The notes under the pieces are model-generated. The model was not told the origin of the DNA. It worked only from the letters and a program-made list of their open reading frames with translations, and did no database searches. The translations under genes and the position numbers were made by a program. Shown here piece after piece: positions 1 to 11,823 of a DNA stretch of 32,385 bases; the stretch's first letter is position 1, and the number at the start of each line of letters is the position of its first letter. Origin of the DNA: Licmophora abbreviata (Eukaryota); contig OLMU01003354.1 in assembly GCA_900291995.1 (NCBI GenBank), positions 1-32,385 on the forward strand, written 5' to 3'.

Positions 1-515
1 CCTACAGTGGCTCAGAGGGATCCAAAAAATAAGTCAGTACGTACGGCGTCCGTATCGAAAGACGGCGTCAATTTGTGGCGGCTCGGCATCACGACGGCAG
101 GCATGATTGATGTGCTTGAATGGACTGACTCTCGTTTTGGCACCACACAAGACGCTTCTTCCTTCGTTGTCGTCGGTGTAGTCTCTTGCACGATTCGATC
201 GAATAGTTAGGTAAGGCACAAGGGCTGGTAAAAGGCGGAGACGAGAGCTCCGTCCGCCTCCTCTAGCTTAGTATGCCTGCTGCTACGTAGAATCAGTACT
301 GCGATGTACGCCACTCGTTTGGTTGCCTTGCATGGGGTGTCCCGTCGTCGCGTTGCTTTCTTTTGCTCACTCGTGCATCATCTTGTTTCGACCTTGCATT
401 CATACGACTGTTCTTATTAGACGGAGACACGAAATATCGTTTGATCGACTAAAATCCGGAACTCAGATAGAAAGCGCAGGCCTGTCATTGCTATCCCTCG
501 TCTCGTAGCACCATC

Positions 516-3500
516 ATGTTCGGATCGTCCAATACGACCCCCTTTGGCAGTTCCGGGACTTCCAACACGCCCTTTGGCGGTGGCACCCCTGGAGGTGGCT
601 TCGGTGCGCCCGCTCCAGCCCCCTTTGGAAGTTCGAATACGACAGCCTTTGGTACGGGACCTACGACAACGTTTGGCGGCGCGCCCGCTCCTGCCGCACC
701 TACCTTTGGAGCGACGACGACGACTGGTGCCTTCGGCGCTCCGGCGGCCGGCGGTGCGTTTGGAAACACCCCCAACACCACCACGACTGCCTTTGGGGGC
801 GGCAGTGCCTTTGGAGCTCCCGCGACATCGTCAACGCCATTTGGGTCGCCGCCCGCACCGGCGCCGGGCCTGTTTGGGGCTCCGGCGCCAGCGGGAGGAA
901 TGTTTGGAGGTGCGACGGGTGGTTTTGGAGCACCGGCGCCAGCTCCCGCGAACTTTGGAGGCGGCTTTGGAAGCACGGCGAGCGCACCGACTTCGGCATT
1001 TGGAGCCCCGGCGGCAACCTTTGGGTCTCCGGCGCCAGGTTTGTCGTTTGGCAGTCCCCCCGCTGCGGCACCGACGTCGGCGTTTGGAGCTCCCGCGCCA
1101 TCGACGAGTATCTTTGGTGCCCCAGCTCCTGCGGGAGGTATGTTTGGAGCACCGGCTCCTGCCGCTGGCAATATGTTTGGTTCCCCGCCTGCGGCGGCTC
1201 CTGGAGGGACGGGAGGTACCAAGGTGGCACAGTATCAGGCGATGCAGAAAATGGACGGAACAAGCAACATTACATTCAATTCGACAGCGGGCATGCCTCA
1301 ATATGAAAACAAAAGGTTTGAAGAGTTGCGCGTCGAAGATTACCAGCAGGGAACGAGGAACAGCGGTGGAGCTGCGGCTTCGACGTTTGGAGCCGGTGGG
1401 TTTGGGGCGCCGGCACCGGCTGGAGGATTTTCAAGTACGGGCTTTGCACCGGCAGCACCTGCCCCTGCCTTTGGAACAACGGCTCCTGCTCCAGGTTTTG
1501 GTGGCTTTGGCGCTTCACCGGCACCGGCACCAGGCGGGTTTGGTGCTGCACCGGCGCCTGCAACAGGATTGTTTGGGGCTCCCGCACCAGCTCCGGCCAC
1601 GGGGTTTGGAGGATTTGGAACGGCTGCCAAGCCACCTGCGACGGGTGGGTTGTTTGGAGCACCGACGCCAGCGCCAGCACCGTCTCTTTTTGGAGCTCCC
1701 GCGCCAGCTCCGGGTGGCCTGTTCGGCGGCACTACGCCAGGTACGTAAAATGTGTCCTATTGACCGGTGGTTTGTATGACTGAGCAATTCTCACAGTGCT
1801 TAATTGTCGTGGTATCTGTCCAGCACCTGCACCTGGTTCATTTGGTGCGCCTGCTCCTGCAACAGGGGGCTTGTTTGGGGCGCCAGCACCCGCCCCTGGA
1901 GGACTTTTTGGTGCACCTGCACCAGCCCCGGCGGGAAGTAGTTTGTTCGGTGCTCCCGCTCCGGCACCCGCTGGAGGAGGTCTGTTTGGGACGTCAGCCC
2001 CAGCACCTGCATTTGGCGCTGCACCAGCTCCCAGTGGTTTCTTTTCTGGCGCTGCTCCGGCTCCGGGAACAAGCTTGTTTGGAGCGAAACCAGCGTCGGG
2101 TGGTTTGTTTGGAGCGCCCGCGCCGGCACCCGGGATGTTTGGGGCTCCCGCTCCTGCGCCGGCGGCAGCATTTGGGGCTCCGGCAGTATCGCAAGCGCAA
2201 GCGGCTCCGTCAATGGGAATGTTTTGGGGAAATATTGTTCCGCCAGCAGAAGACGCGGTTCTAGCACAGAAGCTTGCGGCTGTGGACAATCAGAAGAAGG
2301 AGCTGGAGCGCACGGATGTGTGGCGTGGACGGTCACCGAACGGATCGTCGGTGACTCCTACATCTCAAACAAATGCAGAGCTGGCTTTGCACATTTCGCC
2401 GTATAGCGCCTCCTCGGCTAGTCTCGTTTCCTATCGCGCATCCCCACGTTCTATGGTGAATATTCGACCACGTGGCTTCGGGACATTCTCCAAGTCTCCA
2501 GCGACGCCAGACATGAGAAACTTTGGTCGATCGATTGCATCGCCCATGAAATCACCAGAGTCGTATTTGGGATCGGCCCACAAGCATCTTGTGATCAAGC
2601 CGGACGCACACAAGCCTAGGCCGTCGATCCGCCTCGAGATGACCGATGTACCGCAGATAACCGATGGAGAAAGTAAAGAATCGCGCGAGGAAGTGATTCG
2701 TGCCCCGGCCACGACACCGCTACTGCGATCGTCAGCCCGTCCCAGTCCACCGCAAGCGATCCCCTCTCCGATTGGTATCACATCTCCTCCAGCAGAGACA
2801 GCCAATACGCTCCCTCCCCGATCGTCCAGAAAAGCAAATTCATCCGAAAAACAGAGAGAACCCGTGAATGATTCCGGCTATGACTTTTATCAGCAAATAA
2901 CTTCGCCGCCTGTGGGATCGGGCAGTAAGAAGCGAGCCGACAAGGCGAAAGGCAACGTTCTTCCCAAGTTGACAAAAACCGGCTACGCTGTGACACCGTC
3001 GCTTGAGGAAATGGCGCTCGCGTCCGAGGCTGATCTAGCGGCTGTAACTGGGTTTACTGTTACTCGAGCGGGGTATGCGAGCGTCTCCTGGGACGGTGCC
3101 GTGGATGTCAGAGGAGTGGATCTCGATACAATTGTTTGCATCGAGCAAGGCGACGTGGCAGTGTACGACGCCGAGGAAGCGAATGGCACGAAGCCACCCA
3201 AAGGACAGAAGCTGAATCGCCCCGCGATCATAACGATGCAAAATATGTTTCCATTGGGCGGGTCAGATGCTGACGAAGAAGCCAAGGATCGATACCAGCG
3301 GAAAATAGAGAAACTCACCATCAAGAAGCTCGGCGCGGAGTTTCTCATGTACAATAAGTCTACAGGCGAATGGAGCTTTCGAGTGCCTCATTTCAGTCGC
3401 TATCGCTTTGAGGACGACAGCAGCGACGACGAAGAAAACAGAGCGCCGTCGGACGTGGCTCACTCCGAGGACCAGTCCGCCCATTTTGGCTCGGGGGAAC

Positions 3501-5905
3501 GTGGAGGACGTTCCCAAGGGGCAAGCAAGGAAACAACGAAGGGGATAGCAAAGAAATCTGTTAGATTCCGGGAGTACTTGGAGTTTGAGAAAACGGACGA
3601 GTATCCTGTAGCCCTGGTGGCTGACGCTGAAATGGGCGACGTTGACTCGCGCGTGAGGAGCGCGGCAGCGAGTGCCTATTCAGCATTGTTTGAGGTCGCT
3701 CAAGAATTGCAAGAAAGCCCAGTCGCGCAAGCGCTGAGTAAAGATTCTTTCTTTGAAGATGAATTTGTCGACTGTTCGGAGTCGTTGTCGGAGCCGCTGC
3801 CTCTTGTCGGAACAGTTGTCCCTACGAACAGCGCTGGTGGTATCACGGCTCGGCTTGCGAAGAAGTGTGGGGTGACTTCCCCCTCGAATTCTGGGACCGA
3901 TTTCGGGTTGCGCATGGGGAGATCTTTCCGAGTCGGCTGGAGACCAGATGGCTCGCTAGTACAGATAGGACAGAGCAGCTCAGCTGACGCAACGGTTCTA
4001 CAGCAGTGCGTTCCGGAATTGGGACGGAAAGACGAAAGTAATACTGCGTTGTTGTCGCTTCTTCAGGTGCATCTGAAGCACTCGAAAAAGGAAAGTCGCC
4101 CGCCAACAGACTGTCCTGTGTTTTCTTTGCCGGGAGACTCTAGCATCGCTGAGATGATAAGTGCGCTGGCCGACTCTGAGGGCAAAAGGCAAACTATTCC
4201 GTCGGAGCAAGCGGACCCTGAGCAGGGTGTCATATTGCTACGTGCATTTTCGCTGCTCGCTTGTCTTGTTGAGGGAGAAATGATTGCTATCTCTCGGCGT
4301 GGCGAGCTGGTCGTGGCGGAGAAAGAAGGCACAGCCCAGTCACTGCTACGAGAGCAAGACAGCATCAACTCCTGCCGAAAATGGTTGGTCGAGGCATGTC
4401 AAGGGGACGTGCGCGTCGAAGTTCAGAACGCACTCAGTAAGAATGATGTCCATTCTGCTATTTTTGCCTCTCTGAGCGGGGGCGACCTGGAGCAGGCGGT
4501 GTCGATTGCAACTTCAAACGGCCATTCGCATCTCGCCACCTTGATCGCGACAGTACTTGGAAGCCCTTCGTGCATCCATGACCAAGTCCAACAATGGCGG
4601 AAAAATGGGTCCTCGCAGTACATTCCGTCGGAGCTGCTCCGAATATATTCATTATTGGGAGGAGACATGAGACTGGAGGAAGAGGCTTTCGCTCGTGGGG
4701 AATCAGCGCTCGACTGGCGACGCCGCCTCTGCATGCTCCTTTCGTTTGGCGAGAATAGAGAGAAAAGTATGTCATCCATTATGGAAAGGTATGACCAGGA
4801 TGTCGTGAATGGAGTTGCGCCGTACCCTGCTCCTCGGCACATGAACGCGAGAAAACCGGTACTGGATGGTTCCAAGTGTGTTCTGTACAAGATTCTTGAG
4901 CTGGTGCGAGGCAACGAAACACGCCACACTTTGTCCTCTATCAGTTCGCCGATTGGCATGACTGCATCGCAAAGCGACTTCGCTGGATCCTTTCATGTTT
5001 CCATGGCGATTTCTGCCATTGGATGCTGTCCGCCCATGCCGGCACACGACGAAGCGACTATCCTTGACAGCTACGCAGCACAGCTGTGCAACGACGGGAA
5101 GTGGGAATGGGCCGTTTACGTGCTACTTTGCTTGTTCGGGACGCATGTGACACCGGCACAGATGTATTCACGTGAACAGCAAGCGAAAGAGATCGTGATT
5201 CGAAACTTTCAATCGTCCACGGACCCTTCCAAGCGGGCCTTCTTGAAAGACAAGGTGGGCATACAATCGTCGTGGTTTGCTGAAGCGCTGGCTCATCACT
5301 GCGCCCACTTGGGAGACGTCAAAGGCTACGTCCAGCATCTCGCCGATGTATCACTGGAGCAGGCACGCGAAGCATTGGAAGAACTTGTCATTCCCAACCT
5401 GTTATTCCAGAGCACCGACGAAATCGTAAAAAGTCTGGATCTATTGGAGCCGTGTGCGGCAAGCAACGAGAATTCTCTTGCGGCAGCCACCATGCATTTC
5501 ATCGTTTTGGCACAAGATGTGATGGCTCTGACAAGTGAGGTAGAGAGCCATAAGTCTCCAACGGACTTGCTCCAGCTGGCGACCAGTGTCGAACAGCGTT
5601 TTGTGTCCTACCGTGCCCAACTTGGGAAACGCGCGGACACCTCTTGCGGACTGCGTGTGTACACGAACTACCGCGTCGTGCCGCAAGAAATGTTTCTTGC
5701 GGAAGCATTGGCGGGCGTGTCGTTTTTGAAACTTCAGTTGGAGGCGCTTCAGGCAGGAGGGACTGTCTTGGAGAGAGATACCAATGGCTCGGTGCACTTC
5801 AAGGTTGCGTCGCAGCTGGCTTTCTTGCGTTCCAAACGCGACGTCAGCATGGCTGTTGCTGCTACCGGTACTGCGAATGAGAGTATTCTTAAAGGGATGA
5901 TTTGA
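516..5905 (+). CDS. NUP98: Nup98-Nup96 nucleoporin precursor (2 exons: 516-1740, 1824-5905; about 1768 aa)
   Basis: FG/GLFG repeats; GLEBS motif (GTKVAQYQ...MPQYENKRFEELRVEDY); autoprotease domain with KLNRPA and the HF|S cleavage site (WSFRVPHFSRY, CAT TTC AGT at 3389-3397); Nup96 hallmark MGRSFRVGW. Intron 1741-1823 (GTACGT...CAG, 83 bp, phase 1) joins ORFs 516 and 1796 in frame. Confidence 0.95.
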
Positions 5906-6180
5906 TAGAGAAACTGAACTACTAACAAAAGGAAGATTGCGACCATTTTCTAAGAAGACTAGAGATCACTCCTCTCCGCTTTATCGTCGCTCTACTCGTG
6001 TATTGAAATGCCGCGCGCAATGATGTGATCCGCGCGATGAGGACACGACGCCGATGATGGATGCCGAATGAATGACGGGGCGCCGTCACTGAGTTGTCAG
6101 ATCGTCCGCTGTCTCTGCTGCCCTCTTGCGCCTCCTCCTTCTCTGTACTCTTCACTCTCTCCTTCCTCGTATCACAAAGA

Positions 6181-6588
6181 ATGTGGCAGAAGCTCGTTTC
6201 AAACGAAAATTTTCCAAAATTTGCCGTTGCGTGTCTCGCTGCATCCGGGGCTGTCGGCTGGTCTACTATGACTCTCGTGGGCGACAGAAACTCATTTAGA
6301 CAATCGCAAGAGCAAGAGATGAGTCATGACGAAGCCATGGTGCGAGCCATGATTGAGAATGCCAAGTCGTCGACATGGAAAGAGAATTTGGACAATGCCG
6401 TAGAGGCACAGAAACACTTTGTTCTGCCCAATCGACCCCTACAGGAACCCAAGTTTGTGGAAAAGATTGTTCAGAAAAGCGAAACTATTCGAACGGAGCG
6501 GAACACCGCGCTTGTAGAGAAACAGAGAAAGGATCAAGTCAGGAAAGAAATGGACGAAACTGAGATTTTCTCGACGTGGAAGAAGTAG
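6181..6588 (+). CDS. Small hypothetical protein with one N-terminal hydrophobic segment (135 aa)
   Basis: ATG at 6181 after a CT-rich leader; hydrophobic stretch FAVACLAASGAVGW followed by a charged helical region; no family recognised. Confidence 0.65.
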   Translation: MWQKLVSNENFPKFAVACLAASGAVGWSTMTLVGDRNSFRQSQEQEMSHDEAMVRAMIENAKSSTWKENLDNAVEAQKHFVLPNRPLQEPKFVEKIVQKSETIRTERNTALVEKQRKDQVRKEMDETEIFSTWKK

Positions 6589-6747
6589 AAGGTCGGCGAT
6601 CCAGATATAGACAGAGTCGTTGTCCATTTCAAGTTTCGTTTGAAATTTTTCGAAAACCAATTCGATGATGCCTCGCTGTCGAATGCATAGAACGCACCAA
6701 AGCAGTGCTCTATGGAACTACATCAATTCTGTTGAAACTCTCCCACC

Positions 6748-9700
6748 ATGAATACGGTTTCTGGTGATCCTCCGACATCCATTGGAAGCGGCGGGACCCC
6801 GAGCTGCAAGACAGACGGTGCACTCGATACGCTCATTGCTGCCACCACTGATCGGCGGCTTCTCTCGACAGAACACTGCTCAAAAAAGATCATCAAGTGC
6901 GTGTCTGCACTGGTCGATCTAGTCAATCCCTATTTGAACAATGTCTCGGACGAAACGGAGGCCTGCTTGGTAGCCATGCGTCTCGAGGAAGCCACACAAA
7001 TCATGCAGGCTGCGCGCTGTGGTTGGAAGCAGTCGATCACGATGGATCACAACAGCAGCGAAGGCGTGATCTCAGTGGCTACTAGACCGTCACCGCTTTT
7101 GAACGACTCGCAGCGCATGATGAGTGTGTCGTCGGGCATGTCTAGCAGCTACCCTCTAGAGCGATCTATTTCCATTCTGTCTGGACGCAGCAACCTCGCG
7201 GCAAGTGAACGGGGAACCTTCGTCGGAGGAGGCAGTCCCTTGGGGTCAACGTTTTCACTCATGAGCAATCAGATGAACAGTCCACCCGCATCGGGACTGT
7301 TTCCGTCGCGAGAGATCGAACACGAGGTATGTCTGTCGCGGTGCTTTCTTTGCTTGCTCGGCCGTGACACGTTGAAAGCTCACCGCAATGTCTTCCTCCT
7401 TCGTATTTCCACTCGAGTAGACTCACGAACGCCGTCAGCTCCTTCGCCACGTCATGACACCCAGCATGAACATGGATTTCACGTCGGCAACGTGGAAGTC
7501 TTTCGGTCCGCCTCGTTTGCAGTCGCCAGCCGACGTGGGTACAAGCAACGACTGGCGGGCCGTTGCACGAGAGGCCTTCCGAGTCATGGATGCCAACTCG
7601 GATGGGTATCTTCAGAAGCAAGAAGTTTTCTTGGCGATTGCATTGATCAAGGATAATCACGATGAGTTCGACGACAGTCACATTTCGGATCCGGCCCTGT
7701 TTGTTGAAGCGCTCATGGAAGAAGTAGACACGGATGGTGATGGACAGATTAACTTCGACGAGTTCATGGATATGATGGAGAAAGGATTGTTTGAGAAGAC
7801 GGCAGGGGGTGGTGGCGATTCATCAAATGGCAATGGGCTCCCCAACCAATTTCTGAAGATAACGCAGTTTGCCCGCAACGTATTTCTAGCGCAGCAGAAG
7901 AAGATTGAAAGCAACACGGTCGGCGACGACATGTGGCTCATTCATCCTATGAGCAACTTTCATTTCGCGTGGGATATTGTTGTGTCGTTGTTGATTCTGG
8001 TCGTTGTCGTTACGATTCCGTTGTCATTTGGATGGGAAGAATTTAACGAGAGCCTACTGCCTTTGAATCTCGCAACGGATTTTGTATTCTTGTGTGATCT
8101 CTGCAAGACATTCTTTACTGGCTTCGTTGACGATAGCGATGTGGTCATCATGGATGCAAAGGCGGTTCGATACCGGTATCTCACTGGATACTTCGCGTTT
8201 GACCTTGTCAGCAGCATCCCGCTCGACTTAATTTTTGACTTGGTACGTGCCTTCCACGACGGCTACGGGATGCGATTTAATACGGCGTTTTGTCTCACCA
8301 TGACTTTCGCTCCTTTTTAATATGCAGATCGGCTTGATGGACATGAGAAGCAGTGCGATTGCCGTGACGAAGCACTCGCTAAAGCTCCTGAAGTTATTTC
8401 GGATCGCCAAGCTTTTTCGGCTGCGTCGCGTGAGTCGTTTCTTTGAACTACTCAACGCTTTTGAAGTCTACGTGGAAGAAAAGCTCCATGTCCGTCTCTC
8501 CGATGGTGTCGCCAAGGTGTGTCGCCTGTTCGCTGGCGCGTTTGTCCTTGCTCACTGGATTGGCTGCTTTAACTTTATGCTGGTGCGTCTACACGAGTTC
8601 CCATCGGATAGCTGGGTAGTTTACGCTGGTCTATTAACTGAGAGCCCGACAACCCAATGGAGCTGGTCGTTCTTCAAGGCGCTTGCTCAGATGATCATGA
8701 TTGGATTCGAGACTCCGCCGTAAGTTCCTCGTTTTGTCTTTTATTGCGAATCGATAGCGAAGCCAGTCTTCTGATGTCAGCCCTACGTGTGCCCAATTTC
8801 AGATTTACCAACGCGTCTTGTGACAGCTTCACCACGTGGTGCCAGATCGAGCATTGGGTCACCCTGGGATGTCTCTACATTGGTGCAGTGTTCTATTCGA
8901 TGCTTATTTCATCGATACTGTCGATTCTCCAGACTACGTACCTTGCAAGTCGCCACTTTGAAGAGAAACTTATTCAGCTTGACGGATACATGAGAAGTAA
9001 GAATGTACCGATCGCGCTTCGAGCGAACATCAAAGACCATTTCCATTACCAGCACGCCAACCGGAATTTTTTTGACGAAGAGCAGGTGCTGAAAGCCATC
9101 TCGCCTATCCATCTAAAGGAAATCCGACAGTTTGAGGTAGCGAAACTCTCTTCAAAAGTACCACTCTTGGCGTCTTCAAACGATCAGGCTTTTGTTCACT
9201 CGTTGGCTAATTCGCTGGCACAGATCATTGTCTTTCCCAATCAGGTCATCTTCGAGGAACGCTCTACCGGTGACACGATGTACTTCATTAGCAGTGGGCT
9301 TGTAGAGCTTTTCCTGTCGTCTCGAGGTTCGGACGCGCCCTACTTGGCGATTGGAGATGGATGTGTAGGTGTACGCTCGAATGTGTGGACTGTTTCGCGT
9401 TTGTCTCTTTTGGCTTACCTGGTAAACTGCCTCTCTCTCATATCTCGACATTTCTTCAGTTTTTCGGTGAAGTCTCGCTCCTTCTTGGTGTGAAACGCAC
9501 CGCCACTGCACGGGCGAAAACACAGTGCGTCCTTTTTGAGATAGGAAAGCACGAATTGATCTCGACCCTTCGTGATTTTCCGCAGATGGCCTCGAATTTC
9601 AAGCGCATTGCAAAGCAGCGCCGACGTCGTGTTCAGCACTTCCTTCAGCCATCACGGTATTCGTTGCCCTCTGAACTCGAGCTCGACGACGAAGATCGAA

Positions 9701-9762
9701 AGACTGAACTCTTTGGGACCAGCGCGGCTAATCTGCGGCCACAGACCGACGAAGAAGCCTGA
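6748..9762 (+). CDS. EF-hand-containing, cyclic-nucleotide-binding-domain voltage-gated cation channel (HCN/KCNH/CNG superfamily; 5 exons, about 885 aa)
   Basis: Exons 6748-7326, 7421-8242, 8328-8719, 8803-9364, 9460-9762; all four introns are GT-AG and frame-consistent. EF-hands DANSDGYLQKQE and DTDGDGQINFDE; pre-S1 WLIHPMSNFHFAWD; S3 FDLVSSIPLD; S4 LKLLKLFRIAKLFRLRR; S5 HWIGC; pore FKALAQMIMIGFE; C-linker; CNBD with MYFI, FFGE and RTAT. Confidence 0.88.
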
Positions 9763-9977
9763 GTAGGATCAAACAAATGAATGAGTACTGGTAGCTCCTT
9801 TAGGTTATTCTAGCTCTCTAATTCTTACAAAGTCACTTGCAAATTGTGGCGATAGTCGCTCTCAAATCAGTGATCCCTTGTTGGCTGTACTATACCGCCA
9901 CCGGCACCGGTTGTATACGTATGCTCGGAATCAATCTGCCAGACTGAAAGTGTCATGATATTCTTTTATGATATTAG

Positions 9978-10050
9978 ATGTACATCACGAAAGAAGCCAT
10001 CTCAATTCACGTTTTGTGAAGAATTGACCGGCGGCGGCACAAAATCGCGA
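9978..10050 (+). repeat. Degenerate copy of the SGNH gene leader (11965-12046)
   Basis: atgtacatcacgaaagaagccatctcaattcacgttttg-tgaagaattg versus atgtacatcacaaaagaaactatctcagttcacgttttgatgaagaattg (45/50 columns by hand), then cggcacaaaatcgcga versus cggcacatcatcgcga. Confidence 0.85.
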
Positions 10051-10214
10051 CAGAATCCCGTCTGACCGCCATCTGATTTGTTGGCACCAAGTCAGGATTT
10101 CTAAATTCCTTGAAAGCAAACGAAACAAAGTAAGACTCTCGACAAACGAAACAAACCTTTGACGCACGCCATCAGGCCCTTCATCATTCTGCTATTGTAG
10201 TGTCTTTCCTCGCC

Positions 10215-11111
10215 ATGAATGTCAGTAAGATTGTCGAACCGGTTGATGAGGAAACGCCCCTAATGGACGGCGGCACGAGAGGGCAACGGCGAAACGATCA
10301 TTGCATCCTGTTGGCGCCTGTTGCCTGTTTATTAGTGATTGCTGCTCTCATTGGCTTTTCTACATGTGTACACCCGGCTTCAACAAAATCCAACACAAGT
10401 TTTAATCCATTGATACTGCCATCAACTATTCCGCACGACACCAGCAGCGAACAAGAAGCGCGTCACATTTTCCCGCATGTTATCGAACTGGCCCAATTCA
10501 AGCTAGTGGATGGCACTTCAATTGAAACGTTTCAATCGTACGCAAAACGACTCAAACCTTTCTTTATTTCAACCAACGATACAATCGAACGTTCACTCGT
10601 GTTGGACGAGACAACGGGCGAATGGAGTGACATTGTCTACTGGAGTACCATGAAAGCGGCGCTACAGGCTGCTCAGGATATTCTTCAATGGCCAGCGGCC
10701 CAACCCTTTTTGAGCTGCATCAATGACACCACACTTCGATTGTCGCATTCCTCAATAAAACTTGATTGGAAGCAAGTTCCCAGTCACAAACGCAGCGACG
10801 AGGGTCCGCTGGTAGAGATTGCTGCATTTTCCATTCGCGAAGATTCTGAGCAGTTCATCAAGGATGCAACTGCAACCACGCCATTTTTTCAAGGCATTGG
10901 AACTGCCAAGCGTAGAATCCTTTCTGAGGAATTGAACGGAGTGGTATGGTACGACTTTGTGTATTGGTCGTCAGTCAAGGCAGCTGTATCTGCAGCCAAT
11001 GCCATTCAAGAGGTTGCAGAGGCGCAGCCTTTTCTTAAGGCCATTGACGATGCGTCTGATGATTTTGAATTCACCTACTCAAGCGTCATTCTGAGACAGG
11101 AATTTGAATAA
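10215..11111 (+). CDS. Membrane-anchored protein with two tandem ABM-like (dimeric alpha+beta barrel) domains (298 aa)
   Basis: Intronless ORF; TM segment ILLAPVACLLVIAALIGF; internal duplication of IELAQF...PFF...WSDIVYWSTMKAA...QPFL as VEIAAF...PFF...WYDFVYWSSVKAA...QPFL. The pattern resembles small bacterial ABM-like proteins. Confidence 0.7.
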   Translation: MNVSKIVEPVDEETPLMDGGTRGQRRNDHCILLAPVACLLVIAALIGFSTCVHPASTKSNTSFNPLILPSTIPHDTSSEQEARHIFPHVIELAQFKLVDGTSIETFQSYAKRLKPFFISTNDTIERSLVLDETTGEWSDIVYWSTMKAALQAAQDILQWPAAQPFLSCINDTTLRLSHSSIKLDWKQVPSHKRSDEGPLVEIAAFSIREDSEQFIKDATATTPFFQGIGTAKRRILSEELNGVVWYDFVYWSSVKAAVSAANAIQEVAEAQPFLKAIDDASDDFEFTYSSVILRQEFE

Positions 11112-11475
11112 GGGACGTTTATTGATCCCTTACCCACCCCAGACAACAATCGTGTACGATCCTGTAAGCTTATCTTTCTTCTTTCACAGTTTTCTCAGAC
11201 TCGAGTACCCATAAGAAGCAGCGGACGAACAAGCACAGTTTTTGTTATGGGAACAAGAACTAGCACGCGCATCACTATCAAGATCAACTGTGAGAAGGAA
11301 GGTTGTCAACAAGATGCTTCATACGAGTATGCATCCCGTTGATTGGATCATGTCGAGCATCACAATTCGGCAGGAGAAGAGGGTATACTGTCTGCACTCT
11401 CGGCGTCTGCGGGAGACGAGTATTCTCTTGACAATATACAATGCAATATCTATATACCGAAATTCAATCACAGGT

Positions 11476-11547
11476 ATGACTTCTCTCCAGCTCCACATGT
11501 GACCCCTCCTGGGACCGCGAAAGTGCGATTCGCTCATGTCGCCGTAA
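11476..11547 (+). pseudogene. Internally deleted fourth copy of the 8-Cys secreted protein gene
   Basis: The 5' part caggtATGacttctctccagctccac matches caggtATGatggctctcaagccccac (15905). It is fused to gtgacccctcctgggaccgcgaaa...tgcgattcgctcatg (VTPPGTAK...CDSLM), which matches the family C-terminus. About 330 bp are missing. Confidence 0.8.
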
Positions 11548-11823
11548 GCAGACAAGGAGTGAAGGATTCGGTTACAGAAAAAGCGAGCGACTGAACAAGT
11601 GAAGATTGGAGAGATAACATGGAAGTATCGTTACTCTACCATGGTGTTTTGTTGGGCGTTTAGTCGTGGGTAGTAAGAAGTTCATGATCAAAACTACGAA
11701 ATACATGCACCCTCGTTGTAGTCTATGCTTATCAACTTTCGCCCCAGCTGCGCGGCACTTAGTCTTCCACGCATTTCATGTTTATCTGTACATTTCGGCA
11801 AAGATTGCAAGAACCCTCGACAT

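Noticed and set aside
45..104. Possible first exon of a minus-strand gene (MPAVVMPSRHKLTPSFDTDA, then a GTACGT donor)
   Set aside because: Plausible, but only 20 codons at the window edge with no recognisable motif.
516..2200. Repeated ~30 bp units as a CRISPR or satellite array
   Set aside because: Degenerate at third codon positions and explained by peptide repeats; no constant repeat with unique spacers.
491..2336. Long antisense and alternate-frame ORFs (Gly/Ala/Pro- or Arg-rich)
   Set aside because: Shadows of the GC-rich Nup98 FG repeats.
6748..9762. Five separate or frameshifted genes
   Set aside because: All frame changes are resolved by canonical GT-AG introns.
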